64,000 nucleotides of DNA from Planctomycetota bacterium (GTDB lineage Bacteria; Planctomycetota; B15-G4): contig JBBQUR010000010.1 of assembly GCA_038212275.1 (NCBI GenBank), positions 1 through 64,000 of the forward strand, read 5' to 3'. How positions within the stretch are numbered: the first letter of the stretch is position 1; each line of letters opens with the position of its first letter. A program made the position numbers and the translations under genes. Below are positions 1-10,002 of the stretch, in pieces. The notes beneath the pieces are model-generated. The model was not told the DNA's origin. It made no database searches and worked only from the letters and a program-made list of their open reading frames with translations.

Positions 1-185
1 CCCGGGGCCCCGGACGCCCGCGCGGGGGGTGGGGGGGGGGGGGGGTTGTTGGGCCGGCCCGTGGGGCCCCGCGCGGTTATTGGCGCGGTGGCGTGGCCCC
101 CCCGGGCCCCCGCCCCCTTATGTGCCGGGTGTCGTGTGCCCCCCGGCGCCCCCCCCCCAACACCCCCCCCCCCCCCCCCACTCCC
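1..185. other. Low-complexity poly-G/poly-C tract at the window start, probably a contig-end or sequencing artefact
   Basis: Homopolymer runs such as gggggggggggggg and ccccccccccccccccc; the reading frames give poly-Gly/poly-Pro noise. Confidence 0.6.
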
Positions 186-289
186 CGTGCCATCCGACTC
201 CTGCACATCTCGCCCGCAGGGGCAGCCCCCGGCCAAGCGGAACAGCGCCCCACCCGCGTCCGCCCCGCCCTGCGCTATCGTGCCCCTCC

Positions 290-1378
290 ATGCCGTCCCG
301 CGTCGCCCTCCTCGTCACATCGCCGGATACGGTGCTCGCCGACACGGCCCGCGTCATGGACCTGGCCGGCGCGCGCGACGTGCTCTCCACGCATGTGGAC
401 ACGCTGCTCAAGCTGAACCTCTCGTGGACGAAGTTCTTTCCGGCCTGCTCGAGCTGGCCGTGGCAGGTGGACGGCGTCATCGCCGCGCTGCTCGGCATGG
501 GTCACGTGCGGTCGCGGCTCATTCCCATCGAGAACGCGACCGTGGTCACGAACCCCGTGCAGGGATGCCGCGAGAACCTCTGGGAGACGGTGCTCGCGCG
601 ACACGGGCTGAGCTTCCGGCCACTCACCGAGGAGCGCTGGGTCGTGCGCGATTTCGGGCCCGGCCTGCGCGTGCTGCCGCGCATCTTTCCTGACGGCATC
701 ATGGTGCCGGAGCTCTTCGCGGGCCGGCAGATCGTGCACCTGCCCACGCTGAAGACGCACGGCCACACGGTGACCACGGGCGCGGTGAAGAATTCCTTCG
801 GCGGGCTGCTGCGCGAGGAGCGCCATCACTGCCACAAGCACATCCACGAGGTCCTCGTGGAACTGCTCGTCATGCAGCGCGCACTGCATCCCGCGCAATT
901 CTGCGTGATCGACGGCTCGGTCGCCGGCGACGGGGCCGGGCCGCGCACGATGCACCCGCGCGAACGCAATCGCCTTCTCGCCGGCGCGGACCCGGTGGCC
1001 GTGGACGCCGTCGGGGCCGCGCTCATGGGCATCGAACCGATGTCGGTGCCGTATCTGCGCATGGCGCACGAACAGGGGCTTGGATGCGCGGACCTCGCTG
1101 CCATCGACCTCGTGGGCGACCCGCTGGACCGCGCCGACCCGCCCTTCGCGCCGCGTCGCAGCCTCGTGATCTTCGGCGACCAGATGCTGCGCAAGGGCCC
1201 GCTCCGCTTCCTCGAGCGTGCGCTCCTGCACGGACCGCTCTTCGCCTGGGCGCCCTTCGCGAGCAACCTCTGGCACGACGGCATCTGGTATCCGACCGTC
1301 GGCCGCGCCCGCATCGCGCGTTTCCGCCGCACGGACTGGGGCCGGCTGCGAGAGAGCTACCGCAGCCCGCTGCATTAG
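290..1378 (+). CDS. DUF362 domain protein
   Basis: ATG 290 (MPSRVALL). Motifs LLKLNL, LPTLKTH, TGAVKNSFG, DGSVAGDGAGP and DPVAVDAV are typical of DUF362. Confidence 0.85.
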   Translation: MPSRVALLVTSPDTVLADTARVMDLAGARDVLSTHVDTLLKLNLSWTKFFPACSSWPWQVDGVIAALLGMGHVRSRLIPIENATVVTNPVQGCRENLWETVLARHGLSFRPLTEERWVVRDFGPGLRVLPRIFPDGIMVPELFAGRQIVHLPTLKTHGHTVTTGAVKNSFGGLLREERHHCHKHIHEVLVELLVMQRALHPAQFCVIDGSVAGDGAGPRTMHPRERNRLLAGADPVAVDAVGAALMGIEPMSVPYLRMAHEQGLGCADLAAIDLVGDPLDRADPPFAPRRSLVIFGDQMLRKGPLRFLERALLHGPLFAWAPFASNLWHDGIWYPTVGRARIARFRRTDWGRLRESYRSPLH

Positions 1379-1456
1379 TGCTCGCGGCCGACGCCGTCCC
1401 CGGTCCGCCGCGTCCCTGCAACAGACGCGGACGAGCGCTCGCGGGCCGATGCGGGC

Positions 1457-1462
1457 TAGAAT
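1457..1462 (+). promoter_or_regulatory. Putative -10 element TAGAAT for the YbjN-Clp operon
   Basis: GGC-TAGAAT, then a CAGGAG ribosome-binding site and GTG start at 1493. Confidence 0.5.
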
Positions 1463-1492
1463 CCCGGCCCGCACAGGAGACCCCAGGTCAGC

Positions 1493-1918
1493 GTGGATGA
1501 CAGCCCGGAACTCGTCGCGTTGAGGGAAAAGGCCGAGGCGCTGCTGCGCCGCGCGGTGGCGGAGTTCCGTACGGCAGGCGACCGCTTCGAGGTGCCTTAC
1601 CAGGGCACGCGGCTCATCGTGCACCCGCTGGACTGGACGCGCGGCCGCACGCTGCTGCGCTTCATCGCGCCGGTGATCATGGGCATCGTGCCCACGCCCG
1701 AGCTGCACGCACGCCTGTCCGAACTGAACAACACGACGATCTTCGGGAAGTTCTACGTGATGGACGGCTCCGTGTGGATCGAGCACAACCTGCTCGGCGA
1801 GTCGGTGGACTGGGAGCAATTCCGCGCGGTGCTGGCCTCGGTGGCGCACCACGCGGACCACCTCGATGACATGCTCATTGCCGAATTCGGCGGGCGGAAA
1901 TGGAGCGACCATGCGTGA
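1493..1918 (+). CDS. YbjN / type III secretion chaperone-like domain protein
   Basis: 141 aa. Pattern LSELNNTTIFGKFYVMDGSVWIEHNL...ADHLDDMLIAEFGG resembles the YbjN/CesT-like fold; overlaps the next start. Confidence 0.7.
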   Translation: MDDSPELVALREKAEALLRRAVAEFRTAGDRFEVPYQGTRLIVHPLDWTRGRTLLRFIAPVIMGIVPTPELHARLSELNNTTIFGKFYVMDGSVWIEHNLLGESVDWEQFRAVLASVAHHADHLDDMLIAEFGGRKWSDHA

Positions 1919-4367
1919 GACCAAGGCAGCCGTCGTGGCGCTGCAGACCCTGCACGCGGAGGGTTGGCCCGCGCCGGCGCGCGAGCTGCTCGACGCCGTC
2001 GTGGACGTCGCGCGCCGCCTCTCGCAGAACGTGGTCGGGCTCGAGCACCTGCTCGTCGTCGGCGCGGAGAACGGCGTGGAGAGCATGGCGCGCGTCGTGC
2101 CGAGCCTCGCGGCCTTCCGCGAGGCGCTGCTCGATTCGCTCCACGACGACCGCGACGGCTTCCGGCGCCTGAAGCCTGCGGGCGCCGAGGCGCAGGTCTT
2201 CCTGCAGCCCGCGCTCATCGCGGTGCTCCAGCGCGTCCGCGAAGGCGAGTCGGCCATGAAGCTCATGGGCGAGGTCATGGAGGGAGACATGCCGCGCATC
2301 GTGCGCGCCGTGGCCTTCGCGCGAGGCACCGAGCCGGACGTGCTTCCGCCGGACACGATCGCCCTCGACCGCGAGCACCTGGGAGACCCCTCGCTCGTCA
2401 CGGGCGCAGGCGTCGCAGTCCCGGAAGAGTCCGGAGCCGCGAGCCCTGGAGCGGGCGCAGTCGCGGACGCGGAGCCCCGCGCGCTCCCGCTCACCACCGA
2501 CCTGTGCAGGGAGGCGGCCGATGATCTGCCGCTCATCGGCAGGCAGGCGCTCCTCGGCCAGGTCGCGCGCATCCTGCTGCGCTTCCACGAACCCGTGGTG
2601 CTCGTCGTCGGCGACCCGGGCTCCGGCAAGACGGCCTTCGTGCGCGGGCTCGCGCGCGCCGCCTGCACGCGCGAGCTGCCCGCGCTCGCCGGCTACCGCT
2701 TCCATCAGCTGCGCATCCTCGACCTCGTGGCCCAGAGTCACCGCGGACAGGACATCCACAACCTCGTGGACCAGCTGCTCGGCCACATCGCGGCCGACCC
2801 GCAGGCGGTACTGGTCATCGACGACCTCCACATGCTGCTCGCCAAGCAGGGCTACCCGATGATCTCGGACGTCATCGACACGGTGAAGATGCACATCAAG
2901 CGCGGCAAGCTGCGCGCGCTGCTCACGGTGGACAGCTCCGACTTCGAGAAGTCCTTCAGCGGCGATGCCGTGTTCGGCGGCGAGATCAGCGTGCGGCGCC
3001 TGCAGCCGCTCACGCGCGAGGAACTCTCGTCGGTCCTGCACGGGATGAGCGGGCGCCTGGCGCAGCACTTTCACGTCACGGTCGGTGACGATGCGATCGA
3101 CGCGACCGTGAACCTGTCGGTCGCGGAGCAGGCGCCGGACTACCGGCCGCCGGGCGCGTCGGTGCGCCTGCTCGACGAGGCCTGCGCACTCGCGCGCGCG
3201 ACCGGCGTGACGACCGTGAGTGCCGCGCACGTGGAGCAGGCCGCGCACGAGGAAACGCCCTCGGCCATCGCGCACTGGGACCGCGCCCGCCTCGCGCATC
3301 TCGGCGACGCGCTGAAGGCCAGCGTGCTCGGACAGGATCTCGCGGCCGAGGCGCTCGCGCGTCGCGTGCGGCTCTCGAAGCTGCGCCTCGACCGCAAGCT
3401 GAACCGCCCCGACGGCGTGTTCCTCTTCATCGGTCCGTCGGGCGTCGGCAAGACGGAGCTGGCGCGCAGCCTGGCACGTGCGCTCTACGACGACGAGAGC
3501 CGCCTCGTCCGGCTCGACATGAGCGAGTACATGGAGAGCCACTCCGTCGCGCGCATCATCGGGGCACCCCCGGGATACGTCGGCTACGGCGAGGACGGCG
3601 CACTCACGGGGCCCGTTTCCCGCATGGGCCACGGCGTCGTGCTGCTCGACGAGATCGAGAAGGCGCACCCGCAGGTGCTCAACCTCTTCCTCCAGGTCTT
3701 CGACGACGGGCGGCTCACCGACAGCAAGGGCCGCGTCGTCGACTTCAGCGACACGGTCATCATCATGACCAGCAACATCGGGCGCGAGCTCTACGCGATG
3801 CACGGAGAGCGCGCGATCGGCTTCGGCGCCGACGCGCGACAGGCGGCGGCGCCCGCAAGCCCGTTGCGCGACGCGGTGCAGGAACATCTGCTGCGCGTGC
3901 TGCCGAGCGAGTTCGTCAACCGCATCGACGAGATCGTGCCATTCCGCGTGCTGCAGGACGCGGACATCCGCGCCATCGCCGAGCGCCTGCTGCTCGCGGA
4001 GGCCGTGCGCTGGAAGGATCGTGGCCAGGTGCTCACCTGGGACCCGGAGGTCGCAGGCGTGATCGCCACGTCGGGTTACGACCCGCGACTCGGCGCGCGG
4101 CACGTGGAGCGGAACCTCGAGCGGCTCGTCATCTCGCTGCTCTCGGATGCGGCGGTCACGGAGGGATTCGAAAAGGCGCGCGCGCTGCACCTCCAGCTCA
4201 AGGGCGGCGGTCTCTGCCTCATCGTCGATGGCAAGCCCTTCGAGTGCCTGCCGCACGGCGCGCACGGCGCCGACGGGTCGGAGGCGACGGGCGCGGGCGG
4301 CACTTCCGGCTCCGCGGCGGGGCGAAAGAATCCGCTCAGCGCGACGAAGAAGCCGCCAGCGCCTTGA
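1911..4367 (+). CDS. Hsp100/Clp ATPase (ClpA/ClpC-like) with two AAA modules, the first degenerate
   Basis: Walker A GDPGSGKT and GPSGVGKT; GAPPGYVGY pore loop; LLDEIEKAHP; GRLTD; AIGF ClpP-docking loop; no ClpB middle coiled coil. Confidence 0.85.
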   Translation: MRETKAAVVALQTLHAEGWPAPARELLDAVVDVARRLSQNVVGLEHLLVVGAENGVESMARVVPSLAAFREALLDSLHDDRDGFRRLKPAGAEAQVFLQPALIAVLQRVREGESAMKLMGEVMEGDMPRIVRAVAFARGTEPDVLPPDTIALDREHLGDPSLVTGAGVAVPEESGAASPGAGAVADAEPRALPLTTDLCREAADDLPLIGRQALLGQVARILLRFHEPVVLVVGDPGSGKTAFVRGLARAACTRELPALAGYRFHQLRILDLVAQSHRGQDIHNLVDQLLGHIAADPQAVLVIDDLHMLLAKQGYPMISDVIDTVKMHIKRGKLRALLTVDSSDFEKSFSGDAVFGGEISVRRLQPLTREELSSVLHGMSGRLAQHFHVTVGDDAIDATVNLSVAEQAPDYRPPGASVRLLDEACALARATGVTTVSAAHVEQAAHEETPSAIAHWDRARLAHLGDALKASVLGQDLAAEALARRVRLSKLRLDRKLNRPDGVFLFIGPSGVGKTELARSLARALYDDESRLVRLDMSEYMESHSVARIIGAPPGYVGYGEDGALTGPVSRMGHGVVLLDEIEKAHPQVLNLFLQVFDDGRLTDSKGRVVDFSDTVIIMTSNIGRELYAMHGERAIGFGADARQAAAPASPLRDAVQEHLLRVLPSEFVNRIDEIVPFRVLQDADIRAIAERLLLAEAVRWKDRGQVLTWDPEVAGVIATSGYDPRLGARHVERNLERLVISLLSDAAVTEGFEKARALHLQLKGGGLCLIVDGKPFECLPHGAHGADGSEATGAGGTSGSAAGRKNPLSATKKPPAP

Positions 4368-5490
4368 GACCGGCCGCGAGCCGCCCGATGACCGCCTCGC
4401 GCTCGAAGCGCGAGAGGTCGCCGGGCAGCGCGGCGCGAAGCGTGCGCTCCTGTTCGCCGTCCGTGAGCATGCGCTGCAGCTTCAGCGTGAGGTCCTCCAC
4501 GGAGCCGTCGTAGATCACGCCGTTGCGGCCGTCGCGGATCAGCTCGGGCACGAGACCCACGCGCGTGGAGACCACCGGCGTGCCGCATGCGAGCGACTCC
4601 GCGACGACGCGCGGACCGCCTTCGCTGCTCGAGGCGCAGACGAACACGCGCGCCTCGCGGTACACCGCCGCGAGCGCCTCGCTGTCCGGCACCCACGCGA
4701 TGATCTCGACGTGCGGACGCAGGTCGTGCCGGTCGAGAAACGCTTCGATGCGCGCCTGTTCCGGGCCGCGTCCGACGATCCGCAACCGGCACGGCACTCC
4801 CCGCACGAGCAAACGTCGCTGCGCCTCCAGCACCTGCAGCACGCCCTTGTTCGGCACGAGGCGGCCCACCATGAGCAGGTCGCACACGGGTGGCGCGGGC
4901 GGATCGGCTCGGCAGACGGCCAGATCCAGATAGAGCGAACCCAGCACGTGGATTTTCTCCGCGGGCACCCCCCAGCCCGAGAGCAACGCGGGCAGCTCGA
5001 TGGCGTTGACGACGCGGAAGCCCGTCGCGCGCGTGGCAGCCCAGCGCACGTAGCGTCGCGTGGCCCACGTGTCGAATCGTTCGCGCACGGACGCGGGCCG
5101 CGGGAAACCGGGCACGTGATGGATCTCGGAGATCCACGGGATGCCGGTGCGCTGCGCGATGCGCCTGGCGCCCCACCCGTTGTAGAAGGGGTTGTAGTCG
5201 TGACTGGTCATCACGGCGTAGGCGCGTTGCGAGGCGAGCTCGAGGCCCGTGCGCACGATGAAACCGGCCTGGCCCAGCTTGCTCCCGACAGAGGATCCCT
5301 GCCCCGGCGCCGGATGATGCAGGTGCACGTTGGGGAACGGCTGCGGGTTGACGATTCTGTCGGGCCGCGTGCCGATGACGTCCACGCGATCCCAGTGCCG
5401 CGCGAACGACTCGAGCATGTAGTGGAAGGGGCCCTTCTCGCCCGCCACGACGCCGCGGTCGGCGCTGACCATGAGGATGTTCTCGGTCAT
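4336..5490 (-). CDS. Glycosyltransferase family 4 (GT-B fold)
   Basis: VGRLVPNKG, SSSEGGPRVVAESLACGTPVVST. Start placed at MTENILMV (alternative 5523); the 3' end overlaps the Clp gene convergently. Confidence 0.9.
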   Translation of the reverse strand: MTENILMVSADRGVVAGEKGPFHYMLESFARHWDRVDVIGTRPDRIVNPQPFPNVHLHHPAPGQGSSVGSKLGQAGFIVRTGLELASQRAYAVMTSHDYNPFYNGWGARRIAQRTGIPWISEIHHVPGFPRPASVRERFDTWATRRYVRWAATRATGFRVVNAIELPALLSGWGVPAEKIHVLGSLYLDLAVCRADPPAPPVCDLLMVGRLVPNKGVLQVLEAQRRLLVRGVPCRLRIVGRGPEQARIEAFLDRHDLRPHVEIIAWVPDSEALAAVYREARVFVCASSSEGGPRVVAESLACGTPVVSTRVGLVPELIRDGRNGVIYDGSVEDLTLKLQRMLTDGEQERTLRAALPGDLSRFEREAVIGRLAAGLKALAASSSR

Positions 5491-5574
5491 GCTCGCGTCC
5501 GTCGGCCGCGCCGCGTCATGCACCCGCGCCGTGCAGCCGGCCCTCCGCCTTGCGGGTGCAGGTGCGCACGCAGC

Positions 5575-7071
5575 TCAAGCCTTGAAGGTGCCCAGGAAGT
5601 CCTGCGCGGTCTCGATGCCCGCGCGCATCGACCGCGCCATGTTGTTGTACCAGAACTGTCCTGAACGCCCGATCGAGCGCAGGTTCTCGAACTGGTCGAG
5701 GCGCGACCAGATGCGATCGAGCTTCTCGCGGTAATCGAGCGGATACACGGGATAGCTGTCCGGCACGAAGAGATAGCGGATGCCCTCGATGTCGTCCGGC
5801 TTGCAGACCTTCAGCTTGGTGAGGCCCGACTTGATGCGCTCGTCGAGACGTCGCGGGTCGGCTTCGTCGCGCTCGTCATTGGGCGTGATCTCGACGCACA
5901 GGCTGTCCTTGCCCGCGGGGCACAGGCCGCCCACCGAGCGATTCGGATAGTAGATGCGGTTGAAGATCACATCGTCATCCGCGACGTAGGTGTAGAGATC
6001 CTCTCCCTTCTTGAGCGGGCGCGAGATCTTCATCAGCGCGAGCAGGATCGTCATGAACGGCAGCTCCTCGCGCGGGATGCCGACGATCGAGCAGAGCCGG
6101 TGCACCGAACCGGTCCAGATGACCTGCTCCGGGTCGTCGATCGAACCGCCTTCCCACGTGACGCGCGTGATGCGCCTGCCGTCGTGCACCATGTTCACGT
6201 TGGACGCGCGCAGGATCAGCGTGCCGCCGTTCGCGACGAAGTTCTCCGCCATGCGTTCGGTGATCACGCCGACGCCCTTCGGCGGATACAGCACCTTCTT
6301 GTAGTTCTTCTTGAAGGCGGTGTGCAGCAGTCCCTGCGCGATGCGAAAGATGCGCGCCGCGCCTTGAGGCGGCGGTGGCGGCGGCTTCACCCCGGGCGTC
6401 GGCGCCTGCTTTCCCTGCGGGTAGCGCGCGAGGTACCTGTCCACGAGCGGCTTCTCGGTCTGGAGCATCTTGTCGCGCTTGGCGTCGGGCACGTTGTGGA
6501 TGGTGCGTGCCGACTGGTTCCACCAGTCGCGATGCAGTCGCTCGGCGCCGTCCGCGGGCGGCACCTTCTTCTTCAGGTAGGGCCCCAGGAAGATCCGGTA
6601 CATCTTCTGGCCGTAGCAGTGCTCGAGAAAGGCGCGCGCCACATGCGTGGCGGGAATGTCCTGCTTGATGGCGTTGCGCAGGAAGCGGTAGATGCCCGAC
6701 GGCGGCAGCTTGAAGGCCGCGCTCGCCGACGGCGGCCAGGGCACGTTGCTGCGCCCGATGAGCGCGTTGATCTTGAAGTCGATCGGGCGCCACTCGTCCG
6801 GGCGGACGACCGACTTCACGAGGTCGTTCACTTCCGGGCTGACATCGAGGAAGAAGTAGTGCGGGCCGACATCGAAGATGTGGCCGTCATATTCCACCGA
6901 GCGCGCAAGGCCGCCGACCACGCCCAGGCGCTCGAGAATGATGACGCGCTTGCCCGCGCGCTGCAGGGTGAGAGCCGCCCCGAGCCCGGCCATCCCTGCC
7001 CCGATGATCACGATGGGCTTCGCGTCCCCGCGCTTCCCCTCAGGCTTCTGGTTTGTGGCTGGTGCAGTCAA
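5575..7071 (-). CDS. FAD-dependent oxidoreductase (protoporphyrinogen oxidase / UDP-galactopyranose mutase-like)
   Basis: IIGAGMAGLGAA Rossmann motif, VGGLARS, FDVGPHYF, YPVY, GRSGQFWYNNM. Confidence 0.8.
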   Translation of the reverse strand: MTAPATNQKPEGKRGDAKPIVIIGAGMAGLGAALTLQRAGKRVIILERLGVVGGLARSVEYDGHIFDVGPHYFFLDVSPEVNDLVKSVVRPDEWRPIDFKINALIGRSNVPWPPSASAAFKLPPSGIYRFLRNAIKQDIPATHVARAFLEHCYGQKMYRIFLGPYLKKKVPPADGAERLHRDWWNQSARTIHNVPDAKRDKMLQTEKPLVDRYLARYPQGKQAPTPGVKPPPPPPQGAARIFRIAQGLLHTAFKKNYKKVLYPPKGVGVITERMAENFVANGGTLILRASNVNMVHDGRRITRVTWEGGSIDDPEQVIWTGSVHRLCSIVGIPREELPFMTILLALMKISRPLKKGEDLYTYVADDDVIFNRIYYPNRSVGGLCPAGKDSLCVEITPNDERDEADPRRLDERIKSGLTKLKVCKPDDIEGIRYLFVPDSYPVYPLDYREKLDRIWSRLDQFENLRSIGRSGQFWYNNMARSMRAGIETAQDFLGTFKA

Positions 7072-7386
7072 TGGAACCGATGCGGGCTGTGGGGTGTGCC
7101 TCGGCGGAGGGCCGGTCGGCGGAAAGCGGGCGGGGGATCATATCCGGTACGGCTACATCCGGCGCGCCGCGACGTCTCTCCGTTGGTTGGCACTGCCGAC
7201 CCGCCGAAGCACGAAGGAAGTCTCATCGCGTCCCGCCCCTCCCGGGTGGTCCCTTCGCGCCCCGGCCCGAGAAATCCGCCTCCGATTCGGGATCGTGTGC
7301 CCATAATGTCGAGCCCCTCAGAAACGGGTCCCGCGGCGTGGCAGCGCTCCGGGACGCAATCACCCTTCGGTCAGGCGGGAACTCCG

Positions 7387-7863
7387 ATGCAGAGCATCCA
7401 GGTGGCGCGGATGTCTCGGGCGCTGAAGGCGCTCAGCGACAGCAACCGCATCCGGATCCTCGAGATCCTTGTCACGGGCGAATACTGCGTGTCGGACCTC
7501 GTGGAGCGGCTGCAGATCGACCAGCCCAAGGTCAGCCACCACCTGGCCATCCTGCGCAGCGCCGAGGTCATCCGCAGCCGCCGCGACGGCCGGCACATCA
7601 ATTACTCGCTGAAGCCGAACGTCCACAAGCGGATCGAGGCGCCCGAGGGCTCTGCACACGTCTTCGATCTCGTGGACCTGTGCGTGACCTTCCGCTTCCC
7701 CGCGGAGGCGGCTGCGCCTGCTGGAGCTGCAGCTCCAGCTCCCGCAGCACTCCCCGATGAGGGCAGCGACGCCGGGGCGCCGGTACGCGTCACTCCGCCG
7801 ACGCGGCCCGACCGCCAGACGCCCGGGATGCCCGGCCAGCGGGAAGCCACCGGCGAAGCCTGA
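7387..7863 (+). CDS. ArsR/SmtB family transcriptional regulator
   Basis: LKALSDSNRIRIL...CVSDL...QPKVSHHLAILR...RRDGRHINYSL; Ala/Pro-rich tail; alternative start 7306. Confidence 0.88.
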   Translation: MQSIQVARMSRALKALSDSNRIRILEILVTGEYCVSDLVERLQIDQPKVSHHLAILRSAEVIRSRRDGRHINYSLKPNVHKRIEAPEGSAHVFDLVDLCVTFRFPAEAAAPAGAAAPAPAALPDEGSDAGAPVRVTPPTRPDRQTPGMPGQREATGEA

Positions 7864-7905
7864 GGCGGCGAAGCCTGGTAGCCTCGACGAAGGAGCGCTG
7901 CTCCG

Positions 7906-8208
7906 TCAGGTCTCGGCGCCAGTCTCCACACCAGGCGCAGCACCGGCTCCATTGACCTTGCCCGGTGTGCTCGGGCTCGCCGGCGCTTCCTGCTTGGGGT
8001 TCTTGCGGAGTTCGAACTCGAACCGCGCATTGGCCGGCGCATAGCGCAGGTGCCCTTCCTTGCACTCGGGGCACACCCAATCCAGCAGCGCCGACATGTC
8101 GGCGTTGTAGTGGATCAGCATGTTGTTGTTCCGGTTGATCCAGCACTCGAACAGGCACTGGGGGTTGTCGCAGCAGAACTTCAGCAGCGACAGCATCGTG
8201 CTCTTCAT
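7906..8208 (-). CDS. Small hypothetical protein with a putative zinc ribbon
   Basis: CCDNPQC and CPEC motifs; GC3-rich codons; AGAAAGG ribosome-binding site; own promoter-like element. Confidence 0.7.
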   Translation of the reverse strand: MKSTMLSLLKFCCDNPQCLFECWINRNNNMLIHYNADMSALLDWVCPECKEGHLRYAPANARFEFELRKNPKQEAPASPSTPGKVNGAGAAPGVETGAET

Positions 8209-8295
8209 CGATTGCCTTTCTGATGGGGGGCGGGGCTTGCCCGCCCCCGCGTGGAATCCGCGAGCAGAAGGCGAAGCCTTCGACTGCGGGGCCGA

Positions 8296-8323
8296 ATTCT
8301 AGGCCAGCTTGGGGGCGAGGCAA
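8296..8323 (-). promoter_or_regulatory. Putative sigma-70 promoter TTGCCT-N16-TAGAAT for the zinc-ribbon gene
   Basis: Near-consensus hexamers on the minus strand, about 90 bp upstream of the start at 8208. Confidence 0.55.
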
Positions 8324-8547
8324 GCGCCTGCTCCCGCCTGCAGGTCCCGCCCGATATCCGGTTCGGAGGCGAAAAGGGCCCCCACCCCACCGAATGGACC
8401 CTGAATTGGCTGGCTGGCGTGATGTTGGCGAACCTCAAGCGGGGACTCTTCGGTCAACGAAGGGGGTAAGAATAATTCCGTGAGGGCCTCTGGCGAGGGG
8501 CCCGATGCGCCGGAGGGGCCTCGTGAAGCCGGCAGGGTCCTGCCTCT

Positions 8548-10002
8548 TCAGTGCTGGACGAGGCGCTCCGCCTCGATGCGCGCGAGCTGGTCCTCCGTCA
8601 CGTCGCCGGTCGGATAGACGCCGGAGAAGCACGCGTTGCACGTGTGCTGCAACTCCGCATTTCCCTCGAGCACCGCGGTCTTCAGGTTGTCCAGCGTCTG
8701 GTAGACGACTCCGTCGGCGCCGATCTCCTCGGCGATCTGCTCGATGCTGCGATCCTTGGCCACGAACTCGTTCTTCGTGGACATGTCGATGCCGTAGATG
8801 CACGGGTGGCGCAGGGGCGGCGAGACGGATGCGAAGTAGACCTTGCGCGCGCCGGCGCGACGCGCCAGCTCCACGATCTGGCGCGACGTGTTGCCGCGCA
8901 CGATCGAGTCGTCCACGAGCAGCACGTCCTTGCCCTCGAACTCGAGCTGGATCGTGTTGAGTTTCTGGCGGATGGAACTCTGGCGCGCGCGGTTGCTGGC
9001 CATGATGAAGGTGCGGCCGACGTAACGGTTCTTCACGAGACCTTCGCGGTACTTGATGCCGATCTCGTGCGCGAGCGCCATCGCGGAGGTGGTCGAGGAT
9101 TCCGGCACCGGAATCACGACGTCGGCCTTCCAGCCGGTGGCCTGCCAGATCGGAGCCATCGACTCGCCGAGCCGGCGACGCGCCTTGTAGACCGACACGC
9201 GATCGAGGAAGGAGTCGGGCCGCGCGAAGTACACGTACTCGAAGAGGCAGGGCGAGTGCGGCTTGTTCGTGAGCTGCTTGCGATGCAGGTTCCCCTGCCG
9301 ATCGATGAAGACGGCTTCGCCGGCCTTCAGGTCGAAGGTGCTGTGGAAATCCAGGATGTCCATGAGCACCGATTCGGAGGCGATGCACCAGCTGCGGCGG
9401 CCCTGGTCGTCGATGCGCTGGCCCGCGATGATCGGCTTGATGCCGTAGGGGTCGCGGAAGGCGTACATGCCTTCGCCCGCGATCATGCCGACGACGGAGT
9501 AGGCGCCCTTCACCCGCCTGAACACACCCTCCACGGCGGCGAAGACGTGCTCGCTCTTGAGCGCGCCGATCTGCTGCTGCGCGAGTTCGTCGCCGAACAC
9601 GTTGAGGATGCCTTCGAGATCGCACGAGCTGTTGATGTGCCAGTGAGACTCGTTGCTGAGCTGCTTCCGGATCTCGTCGAAGTTCGTGACGTTCCCGTTG
9701 TGCACCATGCCGATGCCGAACGGGTAGGCGATCGAGAAGGGCTGCGCGTCCTCGACCGAACCGCCGCCCACCGTGGGGTAGCGCACGTGGGCGATGCCCA
9801 TCGAACCGCGCAGTTGCGCGGCCTCCGCGTCCGTGAAGACGTCGCGCACCAGGCCGCGAGCCTTGTGCGAGTGGAAGCGGCCGTCGTAGGTCAGCGCGCC
9901 GGCAGCGTCCTGCCCGCGGTGCTGGATGGCCATGAGACCGGCATAGAGCTGAGGAAAGATCTCGGTGCCGGGAGGAGCGTAGATGCCGATGAAACCGCAC
10001 AT
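8548..10002 (-). CDS. purF: Amidophosphoribosyltransferase
   Basis: N-terminal MCGFIG (Ntn Cys), QHRGQDAAG, HVRYPT, HNGN, CLFEYVYFARPDS, VDDSIVRGNT, YGID. Confidence 0.97.
   Translation of the reverse strand: MCGFIGIYAPPGTEIFPQLYAGLMAIQHRGQDAAGALTYDGRFHSHKARGLVRDVFTDAEAAQLRGSMGIAHVRYPTVGGGSVEDAQPFSIAYPFGIGMVHNGNVTNFDEIRKQLSNESHWHINSSCDLEGILNVFGDELAQQQIGALKSEHVFAAVEGVFRRVKGAYSVVGMIAGEGMYAFRDPYGIKPIIAGQRIDDQGRRSWCIASESVLMDILDFHSTFDLKAGEAVFIDRQGNLHRKQLTNKPHSPCLFEYVYFARPDSFLDRVSVYKARRRLGESMAPIWQATGWKADVVIPVPESSTTSAMALAHEIGIKYREGLVKNRYVGRTFIMASNRARQSSIRQKLNTIQLEFEGKDVLLVDDSIVRGNTSRQIVELARRAGARKVYFASVSPPLRHPCIYGIDMSTKNEFVAKDRSIEQIAEEIGADGVVYQTLDNLKTAVLEGNAELQHTCNACFSGVYPTGDVTEDQLARIEAERLVQH

Noticed and set aside
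29..289. Gly/Pro-rich N-terminal extension of the DUF362 ORF
   Set aside because: It comes from homopolymer G/C runs at the window edge; ATG 290 fits the family and has a -10-like box upstream
275..4265. Long antisense ORFs 275..2668 and 1875..4265
   Set aside because: Shadow frames of GC3-rich real genes with no recognisable motifs
6100..7305. Long N-terminal extension on the ArsR ORF (587 aa in the track)
   Set aside because: Antisense read-through across the oxidoreductase gene; the ArsR domain begins near 7387
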